From assembly GCA_000708835.1 (NCBI GenBank), contig DF237415.1:11982-75981 (forward strand): 64,000 nt of DNA, read 5' to 3'. The notes beneath the pieces are model-generated. The model saw only the letters and a list, made by a program, of their open reading frames with translations, was not told where the DNA came from and ran no database searches. Positions within the stretch are counted from its first letter, which is position 1; each line of letters opens with the position of its first letter. The position numbers were made by a program, and so were the translations under genes. The DNA comes from Klebsormidium nitens. Taxonomy: Eukaryota; Plantae; Klebsormidiophyceae. Below are positions 32,145-44,800 of this stretch, piece after piece.

Positions 32145-32866
32145 TATCCACCTCAGGCTCTGGAGACCATGGCTTGGCATGAGCTCCCTCCATGAAACCG
32201 GTACTGTGTGTACCTCCCTAGGTACGGGTACACAGACTCATGACTCGCGCTGTGGGTAGGTATACGGTACCTATTACCAGCTGCTGTGGCTCCAACGTCA
32301 ACAACGGGATACAAGCCGGCAGAAACGGCTACAAAGAGCGCCTGCCGTTCAACGGACGCCGCTGTGCAGATGCACGTGCTCGAAAGATCGGAATAGCGAC
32401 CGACAACTACGGAGGGCGGCTGTACTTGTCGCCGCCTGGACCGACGTGTGCAAGTTCGAATCTGCCGCATCGAACTCAGCAAGCCACGTCGACCAGTACC
32501 GTTTTATGATCACCACAGGTAAAAGTACCATTCGTTCTTTTCTTGATTGCAACAAGTTTTGGCAGCACAAGAGTCTCCCAAGTTTCTCCCTACTGATGTG
32601 CAGGGATGGAGATGCGGAGGAGGAGGCTTGGAATTTCAAAGTCCGCGGGCTTGCTGGCTTAATTCTGCTGCACCGTTCACGGCCTACGTGTGCGTCCGTT
32701 CGGTGAACCTTTATGGCTTTCTGAGGATTTTTACTGAGGGCATCCTATTCTTTAGATTGCCCTCCATAATGAGGCATTTGCAAATCTAAGCTAAGATCTA
32801 TATTCGCTTCGGTGTCGTAACAAACGGGGCAACCAGAGAAACTCTGGAAGCAGTAGCTGAACTAGC

Positions 32867-33454
32867 ATGACGCCCCCCAGTGCTGCGTTTGAGGAGGAGG
32901 AAGACATGTTTGCCTCTGGCAATAAGCGGAACCCGTGGGTGCCAGCCGGTAAGTGTCAGCCTGTGAAGCCCCATGTTCTGTTGTTGAAGCCGCAAGGATG
33001 CCAGCTTGACAGCACTGTGCTCGTTAGGGCAGGGGTTCTAGAACTTCTTTTCGTAGTCCGATGCTGCTTCTTGCAAAGTGATGATGGAGGTGTTTGTGTG
33101 GTGCACCACTGCTGTGTCGCTGTGTTGTAGAGTTCTGTTGCCCCGCAGGGTCTGTCAAAGGTAGCTGACTTCGTACCACCCATGCAGCCTGAGCACTTCA
33201 ACCTGCTATGACTGCTGGAAGTGCATTGGTATGCTCTCCTGTTTGATGGACATCAACTGAAAGAGTAACGGGACTGGAATGTTGTAGGTGCATTCTTGAC
33301 GGCCGGCGTGCTGGCTGCGGGACTTTATGCTTTCAAGAAGGGGAACACGCAGAGGAGTCAACAGCTCATGCGCGCACGAGTGGTTGCCCAGGGGGTCACC
33401 ATTGCCATCATGGCAGCGTCGGTCGGAGCGGGGGGCTTCTCATTGAAAGGATAG
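32867..33454 (+). CDS. HIG1-domain (hypoxia-induced gene, Rcf1/HIGD-like) mitochondrial inner-membrane protein, two exons
   Basis: Exon 32867-32948 (MTPPSAAFEEEEDMFASGNKRNPWVPA) joins exon 33288-33454 (GAFLTAGVLAAGLYAFKKGNTQRSQQLMRARVVAQGVTIAIM..*). NPxVPxG and SQxLMRARVxAQG are HIG1 signatures. Confidence 0.93.
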
Positions 33455-35556
33455 ACTGTAATAGCAGGATCTATTATGGCATCAATACGTCGTGATCCCT
33501 TACTTAGGACCTGCAGTGATTTTCTGAGTGGACAAGGAGGTCATCATGGGAAACTCCACAGGGGAGTGTTTGGCCATCTGCATGTACATACCAGCAAAAG
33601 TTCTTCTGTAATATAGCTAGTGTCTCCATTATGAGATGTGTTCAGTGTTGCTCACATTGAGCAAACAGATATCAAAGAAACTATTGGATCAAAATTCCTC
33701 ATAATCTGCAAATACTTAAGTTCGAAGGGACCTCGATTTTAGTGCTGATTGACAATCATTTCAGTACGTCATCGAGCAAGCAGAATATCGACCAGAACAG
33801 GTGATCGACCAACGAAAATAGCTTGCGCTTATAGGCTTTTGCAAGTTTAACGAGGTCTTTGCGAGCAAGAAATGCACTGATCGGTCCAGTCATAGAAGGT
33901 GCAAATCTATAGAGCGTTCAGTGACAGACACTTTGTATGGTGCAGAGCAGAGAACATACGAGCATGATCATTATGCCGGACTAGCTGGCAATTTAAAGGT
34001 ACGCATGCCACATGTATCTGACTCTATTATTGACGCCTTCCTCACACTATTATTGCAAGCCATCTGGATTTGGGGAGCAAGAAACCATGCCATGTGCGGG
34101 AACATATTTGCAATATTTGTCTAAGTTCTAGGGTCTTCACTGCATGCTATACTAATTCTGCAACAACACAATTGGTCCGCTCAACATGACCATATAGTCC
34201 GCAACATTATATGGAGCCGCGCTCAGCCTGCGAGCTGCCGGTAAAGTATACCTTCGAAGTCCGGATGGTCACTTGCTGTTATAAACCCTGAGCCACGCTG
34301 AGCCATCGGGCAACACTCCGGTGAGACCGGGATACAATGAGTTGACTTTGCAGCTTGCTACGGCTGCAAGTCATGTCCGATGTTCGTCATTATTCACTGC
34401 GAAGAACAAGCAACAATCTGCAACCTACACATCATGCATACAAGGGCGAAATGTTCGTAGGCTCTACAAGTTTGAGATTGGTGTGATTCGACATATATTT
34501 CGACTATGGCCGCGGGCGTGCAAAGCCGGACAACGATCGATCACTTTCGAAGCCATCTCTTGCATATGCGCGAGCACTTTTTGGTGCAGACGATCCGTGT
34601 TCACCGCGCGTATACACCGTGACTGATTAGACTAGCAGATGTCACTGCAGGAAGATCTTGATTCGGGACCATGTGCTCCAGAATCGACCACGTATCAAAG
34701 AAATCTGAGATTATCGTATCAACTATTTTTTTTGTAGAGTCGAGCATGTTAAGTCCAATTAGTCGCGGATGCAAAGCTCTAGGTCTAAGACACTTACATG
34801 CACTTCATACATGTATGCCATGAGAAGCTTATGGCCTATTTAAGGCTACGGCGATCGTACGTTATGAAAAGAGACTATCGAGTTAATGGGCCGGGGCGCG
34901 CAGAAGCTTAGCAGGAAGCTCATCATTGGCCTTCAATGTCAATAATCCAATGATGATTCGACTTACCCTCGTTACGAATTTTCACAATACTTGGAGGATA
35001 AATGAGGGTGCACATGGGCTCTTGGATTCGGTCCCGGGTGGGGCTTGTTGCAACGGAGATGGCTTTCAACACTGTTACTATGGTTGGTCTCGATCGTTTA
35101 GCAAACCCTTGTCCCAGGGCTACGATATTTGAAGGAGCATGCCCAAAAGCATATTGAAGGACTTGCCATAATATACAGAGAAGAACCTCCGATATTTTGA
35201 AAATCGGTCCACTACCGTGAATAGCTTTACTACGATTGTGGAATCCCATGCACGTCAGTGCATATTTCCCCCATGTACCTTAGCGCAGCCCACTACCAGT
35301 TCATCTTATTTGCTATCCATGTCACAAGGGAGCTCGTTTGACGTCGGAGCCAATAATGATAAGCAGACAATACGCACAGTGCAAGGAAAGCAGAAACTGC
35401 CATCTTACCATAAACGACATGCATCTTGCAAACTTGGATATTGATAGCCTGCCTGCGGCCACGTTTCTCCAATCTTTCAGATCAGAGACTGCTTGCATTT
35501 GCCCAACAGTATATAATCAATGATTCGAGCACAAGAACAAAGTTAGTAAGCGGATA

Positions 35557-38500
35557 TTACAAAGAAGTTGACTCGACAACAGGAAGCAGTTTCGATATTT
35601 GCTCTAATGGAAGGTTGTCGGACGTAATTTTCCGAAGAGAAGGTGTGTTGTACTCTGAGCTCGGAAACTTCACCACCTGCAAAAAGACTGGGAAGAGTCA
35701 TAAACGGCGAATAATAGACCCAAGAGAATCATCGAACCGGAGACAAAGATGCCCTGCAGCCTACCAGGCCGCACAGCAGGCCCGCCCCGCTCACCGTCTT
35801 GCCCTCGGGTGTCGTGAGCTGCTCCCAGCCCTTCCGCTCCTGCTGCCCGATGTACTTGTCGAGCAGGGGGCCGTTCATGTTGATGGCCTGTCACCACGTG
35901 CCAGCAGAGGCGGCTCAGCAACGGGACAACGGACCCTAACGACCATAGCGAGAAAGAAGGCATGTGGCGCAGATCCCAATTGGGACCCCCCCCACCAGGG
36001 AGGGGGGTCAGCTGGATGATTTCATTTCAGTTGCATCAAAAGTTGGATGGCGGCATCTGTCCCGAAAACCAAGGGAAGGGCGTTCCAGATAAGCTTTACT
36101 GTGAGAGGCGCCGCATAAAATCTGCTGTCATCGGATGAGATCCACCTTGTTTGAGACAAGTGCCGGCTGTGCTGGGGGGCTCAGCGGCAGCGGACACGCA
36201 GCATAGCACCTTTAGACTTGGCTTCATTTCTTTCCACGCTTCCCTCTCTGCTCTTCTGTAGCAAAAGGCAAGGCTTCTGCGGCGCCACAGCTCAAAAGAA
36301 GAGCTGGTTTGCCGCGTGCACATCAACCACCGGCTCCTGCCCTGGCCCCGCAGTGGGCGGCCCTGTCCGGTGCCTGGCTGCTGCGGCAGGGGGGGGCTCA
36401 CCTCTGCGAGGACGGGCAGCGGCACCCGCAGGTACGTCATGGCCAGCACGTGCACGGCATACCGCTGCATCGCCGCCTCAAAGCCTGCACCAAGCCATGC
36501 GCCGCACACCGCTCACACCCTCTCGCTGCATGCTGCTGATCAGCGCTGACATGGGTCACAGCAGCAGGAGCAGCGGAACCAGGCAGAATGCGGCCATGCG
36601 AGCTGCACACCTTTCACAACGGACATTTTCACAGGGTGTATGCGGGTGAGGCTGTGGGCGTGCCCTGTGAGTCAGGCACTGTGGGCGGGGGCACGCCGTA
36701 CCTGGGATGACCTCCAGGATGTCGCGGTTGCGCGCCGCTTCGGTCCAGAACTCCTTGAAGCGCGCGGTCTGCACCACAGTACAGGCAGCGTGTCAGAGGG
36801 GGTGGCCGTCGGGTGCCAAGGACGTGGGGGTACGGCGGGGCACAGGAGCACCATGTGCGGCCCGGGGAGCCAAACAAATCCTCGTTTTAAAGGGTGGTGC
36901 TTCACACGTGCTCCTCGCATTTCGGATTTGCCACTAGTAGAGGCAGAGCTGAGACTACGAGAGCATAGCGCGTNNNNNNNNNNNNNNNNNNNNNNNNNNN
37001 NNNNNNNNNNNNNNNNNNNNNNNNNNNNNNNNNNNNNNNNNNNNNNNNNNNNNNNNNNNNNNNNNNNNNNNNNNNNNNNNNNNNNNNNNNNNNNNNNNNN
37101 NNNNNNNNNNNGTCCTCCATGTTTGGCAGAACTGATTGACCGATCCCAGATCGACCTCAGTCAGAAGAAACACAAGCTCTAAAGTGCACGCGGACTGCAG
37201 TTCCCCAGCAAGGGCCGCTCGTGCCTCGCAGGCGGTTTGCGCGAGGGCTGGCCCGGTGGCCCGCAGGCGGGGGCTGACCTCGAGGAGGGCGTCCAGGTTG
37301 AGCAGCGTGGCAAAGGGCTCCTCCACGTGCAGGCGCTCCGGGATGAGGCTCATGTACAGCTGGAAGTCGAGCGCGGGGAGCGCCATCAGGCCCTGCACGC
37401 AGGCCACACCACCGCTGCCAGCAGGCTCCCCCGCACGGACGGGCCACCAGCCAGACATGCAGGCCGGGGGCAAGCAATCGAATGGGGCACAAAGCCAGGT
37501 GCAAAGCATAGCCCCAGTCTCGGAGACGAACGTAATGCTCGTCAAAATTCTGGGCCGCTTCAACAAGCCTTCCTTTTTGTACCCAGTGGTGCGAACGTAA
37601 GGAGCTTCTGACGAGACTGAGACGAAAATTGTGCAAGAGCAGTGGTGTAGGCTCAGAGTGTGTTCGCGCACCGTTCCTCTGACCAGATGCCACCTGCCAG
37701 TGCCTTACCTTGACCAGGATGCGCGCCACAGCATGGATGTTCACGCTCGCAGGATTGAACTGCACCAGTAAGGAGCGCACTCAAACCTTGCTCTCTGCCA
37801 GCGCACAGGTCTCAAACCTCTCCCAAGTGATTGCAGTTCTGACGGGCTGACGTGTCAACCAATGACCGAAAGTCGACAAGGACAATTCAAAAGAGCTCTT
37901 GTCAGCACGGACAGCGGTAATGGCCGAGCGCCAGCACTTGCAGGCCTAACCGACCAGCTCTGGGCACCACTGTGGCGACGGCAGCTTTCCGCACGGGGTT
38001 GTCCAGTCTCACAATCTGCGAATCCAAGGAAGCCCAGGAGCAAGGGACACCGCTTACCTGATATAATCGCAGGAGGCAGAGGTTTGCGTTGAGATCGTAG
38101 GTCTCAGATACAATCTGCACAGAAACAAGAAAGTTGGACGGCAGTTCCAAAGAAAGAACTCTGTTCAAATGAGCACAGCGATCTGGCCAGGCCCCTCTCT
38201 TGCAAGCAAGGAGCCCCACGTACAAACTCAAGCTTGAAGTCAATGGGCACTACAATGCTTACCTGCTCTTGCACATAATCCTCCAGGTCAGGAAGCACGT
38301 CCGGATTGTCTGCAAATCACATAGCGAGTGAGTCTGATTGCAGCAGCTTCAAATCCTGCGAGCACCACCATTAGGGTGTACCCATCGAACTGAACTCACC
38401 AATCACCAATTACCTTCCCACTGGTCCAATGTCCATTGACAGAGATGTTGCAAACCAAGTTGTAAAAAAGTTTTACCCCGCTTCCTTTCTTGTCCTCATA

Positions 38501-38652
38501 ACCTTTCTACCGCGAATTCCCATCCAAATCACAGCGATGCGCCTTTGCTCACATTGTGCATGGCTGAGGATCTGGTGCACTCGCCCCTTGAGCGACTGCC
38601 GCTCTGCTGCCTCCTGCTTCCTCTTGCCCCAGTGGTCAGTGCTGCTCGCCAT
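35557..38652 (-). CDS. EIF3K: Eukaryotic translation initiation factor 3 subunit K; spans an assembly gap in an intron region
   Basis: MASSTDHWGK..ILSHAQ-Y-NPDVLPDLEDYVQEQ; VNIHAVARILVKALMALPALDFQLYMSLIPE; TARFKEFW; GFEAAMQRYAVHVLAMTY; last exon VVKFPSSEYNTP..KLLPVVESTSL*, TAA at 35557-35559. Confidence 0.92.
36974..37111. other. Assembly gap (N run)
   Basis: Continuous N bases. Confidence 1.
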
Positions 38653-39199
38653 CCTGGCAATGCAGGGCCTGGGAGACACGCACACTGCCGGCAGCGCCCA
38701 CAAACAAAGGCCCAGGGCACACACAGGACGACGTCAAGTGGCGCTCTGACCGTGGCCCTGGGCAACTTCACGATTTTGACAGCTCGAAAGTTCTCACAAT
38801 GACAAGAGAGTCACAAGTTCAAATCGCAGCGGCGGCAGAGCGGTTACTGCAGGGAGATCCGAAGTCCAGTCTTGAGGCACTCTCATTGTCAAGAGTCAAG
38901 GTGGCTTGGAGCCTTGGACTCTCGAGCCAAGAAAATTGCAAATCGTGCACACGACCAGTGCAGCCTAGCGACAGGAACCATCATGCAGGAACTACAGACC
39001 TGCTTCCGATCTTCACATTCACCTCATCACTGTTCACCAGATATTGTTGGCGCTCTGCTGTGGGCATCAGCTGCCAGCAGATACAAAAGTACAGCAGGCA
39101 ATCAGCCTGAACAGCAGGGCAAGTAAGATCTCTCATTGTCAATGTTTGCATGCCGCTTTGTGTATCACCTTTGGAGAGATTTACCTCCTAGTCTAGGGC

Positions 39200-41023
39200 A
39201 TGAAGCGCGGGGTGCGAGCGGTGTGCCTGGCATGGCTGGTGGTCGTGCTGGCTGTTGCGGAGGGTGCCTTTGAGTCGGACGAGCTGGAGTGGGAGGCGGA
39301 GGAGGCGCCGCTGCCCCTGCCCAAGGAGCTGCCGACCGCCACCACTCGCGCACCGGGCGCAGCGGCCCAGGACAGCGCACGGGCAGCGGGCGGAGCGGGG
39401 GCGGGGGACAGCGGCGACGCGGGCGTGGTGTTCCCCCTGGAGCACAGCCTGGACGGGGTCACCTTCACACCGGCGGGCGAGTTCAGCGCCAAGCTGAGGC
39501 CCGTGGCAGGCCAGGTGGGGTGCACCGAGAGAATTGCACACCTTGTTTGTTGCTTTCTGTGCACTGCTGCGCAGTGTTGGTTCCCCGGCTGCTGCTGCTT
39601 GCATGGTCTACAACGAGACCAGATCATGCGTTCAGGCTGGGCTGCCAGGAGCAACATTGCGCGTTGTTTTCTCAAACTCCATTCTGTGGGCCACCGGTGG
39701 TGTCTGGCTGAGTCCTCACAGTGCCCCTCTGATTAAGCTGATTGGTGTGCCTGGACACCCATGCTGCATCCCGGCTGTGCCACCGGCCCTGACGCGCTGC
39801 TCTGTGTGTTGCGTGCGCTGCAGGCTGTCCCCAAGCTGACGCGCGTGCGCCTCGCACGCCAGCCGTGGTCGCCTGCGGAGCAGCGCGCATTTGTGGACCT
39901 GATAGCACGCAATGGCTACTACCGCCTGCGCGTCCCCGCCCACGTCTTCTCGGCTGCGGGCCCCCCCTACGTGGTGACGGCGGTGCGCGCAGCGTGCCTG
40001 GCGGACGCGCGCTTCAATGAGCACTTTGACCTGCACGTGGACACCGCCGGCCACGTCCTGGCGCTGGGCTACAAGACGTTTGTGGACTGCACCAAAGCCA
40101 GCGGAGAACCGGTGAGCCTGCACGCCCTCGACTTTTCCTCGGGCCATCCCCAAATGATGAAGGATCTTGCAGCTAGCACCAGGGCCTATCGCCTGCCTGA
40201 CTGTGTGGGCTTGGAAGCTGGGTCGTTGAGATGCTGGGGCCTCGCGGGCTGCTCCATGGAGCTTGCGGATGCCGCCCGCTGATGCGCGCGTCCTCTGTCT
40301 GTGGGTGCAGCCGCGCGAGTGGACGTTCAGCAGCACGGCCACGGTGCGCTCCAGCCTCACAGCCCCCAGGTCAGCCGCGCCGCACGGGGCCCCTGGGCGG
40401 GGCGGGGAGTGGGAACGTGCTGCGCAATAGAACGTGTGCGGGGCAAGCGTGTCAGAGGGAGGCCCCCATCACATGCCTTCTGGATCCGACGTGGTTCCAT
40501 GTCTGGACATCTTGTGGCAAGGCTGGACTTGTTGCTGCCGCTGCTGTGCCTCTGTTCTGACTGCCGGGGGGGTTGCGCTGCAGGCTGGCGGCCACGCTGA
40601 GCAGCATGGACGCCCTGAAGCCGCCCAAGGCGCCCAAGCTGCCGCCGCGGGTGGAGGGGGGCGGGAGCGGCAAGGACGGCGAGGCAGCGGGCGGGGAGGG
40701 GGATGAGGAGGAGGAGGAGGAGAAGACGTTCTTCCAGAAATACGTGAGCGCCGGACAGCCAGCTCGCCAATCAACGACTTGGGTCGATGACCGCAAGCCT
40801 GAAGCTTGTTTTCGGGCTCGCTCTCTTGGGCTGCGCACACAGTCGGGTTGCGTGCGCTGCCTCTATTGCCCTCATCGTCTCGTCCTTGAGAGGTCGTGCT
40901 GCTGATCTGTTGGTTGTTCTACGCGTACAGTGGCTGTACATGATCCCCGCGGGCCTGCTCCTGCTCAACATGATGGCAGCCGCGGCGCCGGACGAGGCTG
41001 CGCAAGGGGCATCGCGGAGGTGA
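39200..41023 (+). CDS. EMC10: ER membrane protein complex subunit 10
   Basis: Signal peptide MKRGVRAVCLAWLVVVLAVA; FPLEHSLDGVTFTPAG; GYYRLRV; YVVTAVRAACLADARFNEHFDLHVDTAGHVLALGYK; C-terminal EEKTFFQKY-WLYMIPAGLLLLNMM. TGA ends at 41023. Confidence 0.88.
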
Positions 41024-41889
41024 CAGGCAGAGAGCCAAGCCTTGGTCAGAGTGACCATGTCTGGGTTGTGAGTCGGATGACGCTTCCCCTCTACGGTGCC
41101 TTCCCTACATGAACAAGGGTTCGATGGACTCGATGATCCAACTATTAATACTAGCACGTCGTTATAAAGCTGTTCTCTGCAATGTTATTTTGGCATGGCT
41201 TACGGCTTCTGGTGTATGGACATGCTTTGGTCATTAGTACAGGGAGCTTATCATGTTGAAAGCATCCAAGGCTTGTCTAACGAGTGTGTCGTGACATTCT
41301 GGCGGCCAGGGCCGATCCAATCACGTGGACAGCCTCGAAAGTGCCTAGAGTCGTCTGTTTGCAGTCGCCCTGGCGTGTGACTACCGTGCCTAGCCGGGCC
41401 AGCATGCAGCCTGAGTGACTGCTTGTACATATGACGGCGCAACTTATCACCCTTGACTGCATTCTACACCGATCCATGGTATGTATGATCGAGTCCATCA
41501 TCGGCTTCATGGCCTAGGTGTATGGCGACAAGGAATGAATCAGCATGCTCTCTCGCGACATATCATTAATTTGAATAGCCGTCTCGTTAAGGACTACGCG
41601 TGAATACCTTATATATATACACATATGATCACGTCTGCGAGGTGATTCAGTATGGCCGCTTTAAAAAGCTTTGATCATGATTTCCTCACTACGGAAACTG
41701 TCACTTTCAAGTTTGATTCAGTCGTGGTGCTATATGTCTGTAACGATGATGCATGGATTCAGCCTATTCAATATACCCACTGTCCAACTCCCACAGTCTT
41801 ACAAAAGCTTTTGAACGGTTGTGGTATTAGGGAGCAACCCTTTAACCGATGCCAACTCAATATCCAATATTTACGCCCACATTCGTTCG

Positions 41890-44800
41890 TCAAATACTGC
41901 TGATGCTTATAGAGTTCATGCTCCAAGCGGTAGCCTGTTGCAGGACAACGGAATTGGATCCATTGTTGAAGAGAAACACTCGCGCTTCTTGATCCATGGC
42001 TCCGAGCGGGTACGAACGTGTTGTAACGACAGTGTGGCCCTTTTCCGCAAACACTTCAACCACCGAGTGGTCAACCTGCAGCAAGACGTCTCAAGTGAGA
42101 TCGAAGTTTCAGTCCCATTCTCGGGCACATGATCTTGACAGAGAGGCATGGACTGTGCTGTCAGCTTCTTCGTTCTCAGATCGGTTTGCATCAACTTCCC
42201 AGCTGATTGTGAGGGTGCCTTTCTGGTCAGGCAGGTACGTTCATCATTTTAATGTTTGCTCTCACTTCACGAAGTATCAGATGAACCCTGTCTCTGCCAG
42301 CATTTCTAGCGTTGAGACTCCTCCGTTCTTGGGCAGCGGCATAAGACTTTCTGAGGCCCCTAGCGGCACGGTGGGCAGCTCCTTACGATCACTCTCATGC
42401 TCAGCGTCGCCCCGTCCCCTTCCCGCCTGACCGCGCTGCCGTAGACGCCCCGGTCCGTGTCGGGGGCCAGCGACGCGGCGCGCAGGTCGGTGCAGACGCG
42501 CGCCACCGCGGCAGTGCCGTTGCGCGCCAGCTCGAAGTAGGCCGCCGTCCGCTCCGCCCCGGCCGCCAGCACCGCGACGCCGAACGGGCCCACCGCCAGC
42601 GCGCCGCCGCCCGCCGACCCCTCTGCAACAGGCGGCCAAACAACTTGCAGCGGTCGAGAGAGACTGGCAACGACGAGGCATTCCAGCTGCTTCACGTGAC
42701 GACGACGTCCTCGCCGAGGGGTCCAGTCCGCAGATACTAGCGGCCGCGCAAAAGACTGAAAGCTCACGAGCACGGACCCCTCCTCCCGCATCTAACGGAG
42801 CTGGTGCTAGAGGCAGTGGCCGTTTTCGCCAAGCACTGCGCGCTTTTGAGGAGGGCTGCATGCGTCACCTGGGCTGCAGCGGGACGGCTCGCTGGCGGCG
42901 GATGCGGGGGGCGGCGCTGCGGCCTCGTCCTGCGGGGGCAGGGTGAACGCCAGCTCCAGGTCCAGCTGCACGCAACGGGCGCCGCGAGCAGTCAGCCGGG
43001 AAGACGGGAAGAAGGCCCCTCAAATCTGACAGCCTCAACTTGAGGAAGCCGTCGAGAACTGCGAGACGGAAGCCACGAAGCTGTGCCGCCCGTGCGAAGC
43101 CACAACCGGGGCTTGCGGCCCTGACCTGGCAGCCCGCCACTCCCGGCAGCTCCAGCCGCGCCCCCGGCGGCAGCGTCACGTTGCGCAGCGTGGCCGCGTG
43201 CTTGCGCAGCGCGTCCACCTCCGCAACGGGCCACTGCACAATGTCCGCCCCGTCCGCGGCCAGCTCCACGGCGCGCGGCAACGCCTGCACACAGCGCGCC
43301 ACACGCGCTCACCAGGGGCAACAGCTCGAAGGCGGGCGGAGTGCGCAGGGGCCCCCCAGGCGGGCACGGAACGACGTGCGCCCGTGACGGGAAGTTCTGC
43401 AGGCATTCATCGGGGGGCCGTTCGACGAAGTGAAGCAAAGCCAGCCGGCAGCCGCGCCGCCGCGCCACCTACCTGCACCGAGGCCCAACCTCGCCTGATA
43501 TTGCTTTGCTGCGAGTCGGTTTCGTAGATCCACCCGAACAAGACACGCCGCCCCTTCACGGGATCGTAGAACGACTTGGAAGCATAGTACTGCACGGGAA
43601 AAAGGGCGGCGACAGGGGTGGCTGTCAGCAGCAGATGCAAATCGCGGTCGGCATGGCGGCAGCTATGGCAGGGTACCCAGCAGATCTGGCCACAGGCGCT
43701 TCCGCCCTTCTCGTGCCTTGCAGCATGGAAGGACACCGGCTGTGCACACCGGCCGGCTTGACACCCCGCGTTTGGCACGCAGCTGTGGCCCGCAACGGAC
43801 CTTGCCGTAGTCGAGCAGCCTCCCCTGGCTGACGTCGTCCGGCCCGCGCGGCGCCCAGGTGTCGGTGGCGGCGTCATAGCTGCCGAGCGCGTACGAGTCG
43901 GTCAGCGTGTGGTCGATGCTTGCCTTGAGCACGTACGGCGTGCCGGCCGGGTGCACGCCCAACGGCAACCCCGCGTTGTGAGCGACAGGGAACAGATCTA
44001 GAACCACGGGAGGGCCCTCGTCAGCGGGCAGGCCCGGCGCGCAGCAAGCAGCGACGCAGGCCGTGCGAACAGGTGTACACTCGCATCCGGCAAGGCATGC
44101 ATTATATCTAGCGCTCTGGATCGCGATTGATAGCGTAAGATGTCAAGGTGAGCTCTCGAATCCAGCACACATACCAGTGGCGAAAAGGGTACATCGGCAA
44201 CTCACCTGGGCACTCCCACATTGGGGAACCTGCGAATATAGGAATGCATCACATCAAGGTTCAGTCTTCAATGATCAAGTTTTCCTTTCGCCCTAACATT
44301 TCATTGAAGAATCAAGATTGAAGATTCAAGGTCAAGAGATTCAAGAGACGCTTGCACGCTCTCGGACGTCCTGAAGACGGCAGGCTGAGTTCTCCACGCA
44401 GTGCTGGAGCCCTAGCGAGCCCGTGTGCCCGCGTGCACAGGCGGGGAGGTGGCCGTACCTGGCACCGCGTGGAGGGGCGCGCTGGTCGGCGTCCAGGTGC
44501 GGAAGTCGGGGCTGCTGTACATCTGCCAGGTACGAAAGAAATAACGCTGCTCTCAACCCGGAAACTTGGTACGATTCGCCAAAACGGTTGATGCCACGAC
44601 AAAAAAATCTGCAAAGGCGCATTCGAAGGCCAGAACTGCAGGGCCGCAAGGTTCAAAGTACCCCTTTCCATTGCATCGGCGCCTCCATTAAAGGAGTCAC
44701 GTTTAACGGCATTGGGTTCAACGGGCGACTCTGATGTCCGGCGCACTGTCTTCACGAGGCCAAGTGTGGATCTCTGAGAGCCGGTGCCCCCACCAGTGCC

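Noticed and set aside
34923-35249. 108-aa minus-strand ORF downstream of EIF3K
   Set aside because: No family motif recognised and a non-canonical start. Compatible with chance in AT-richer DNA.
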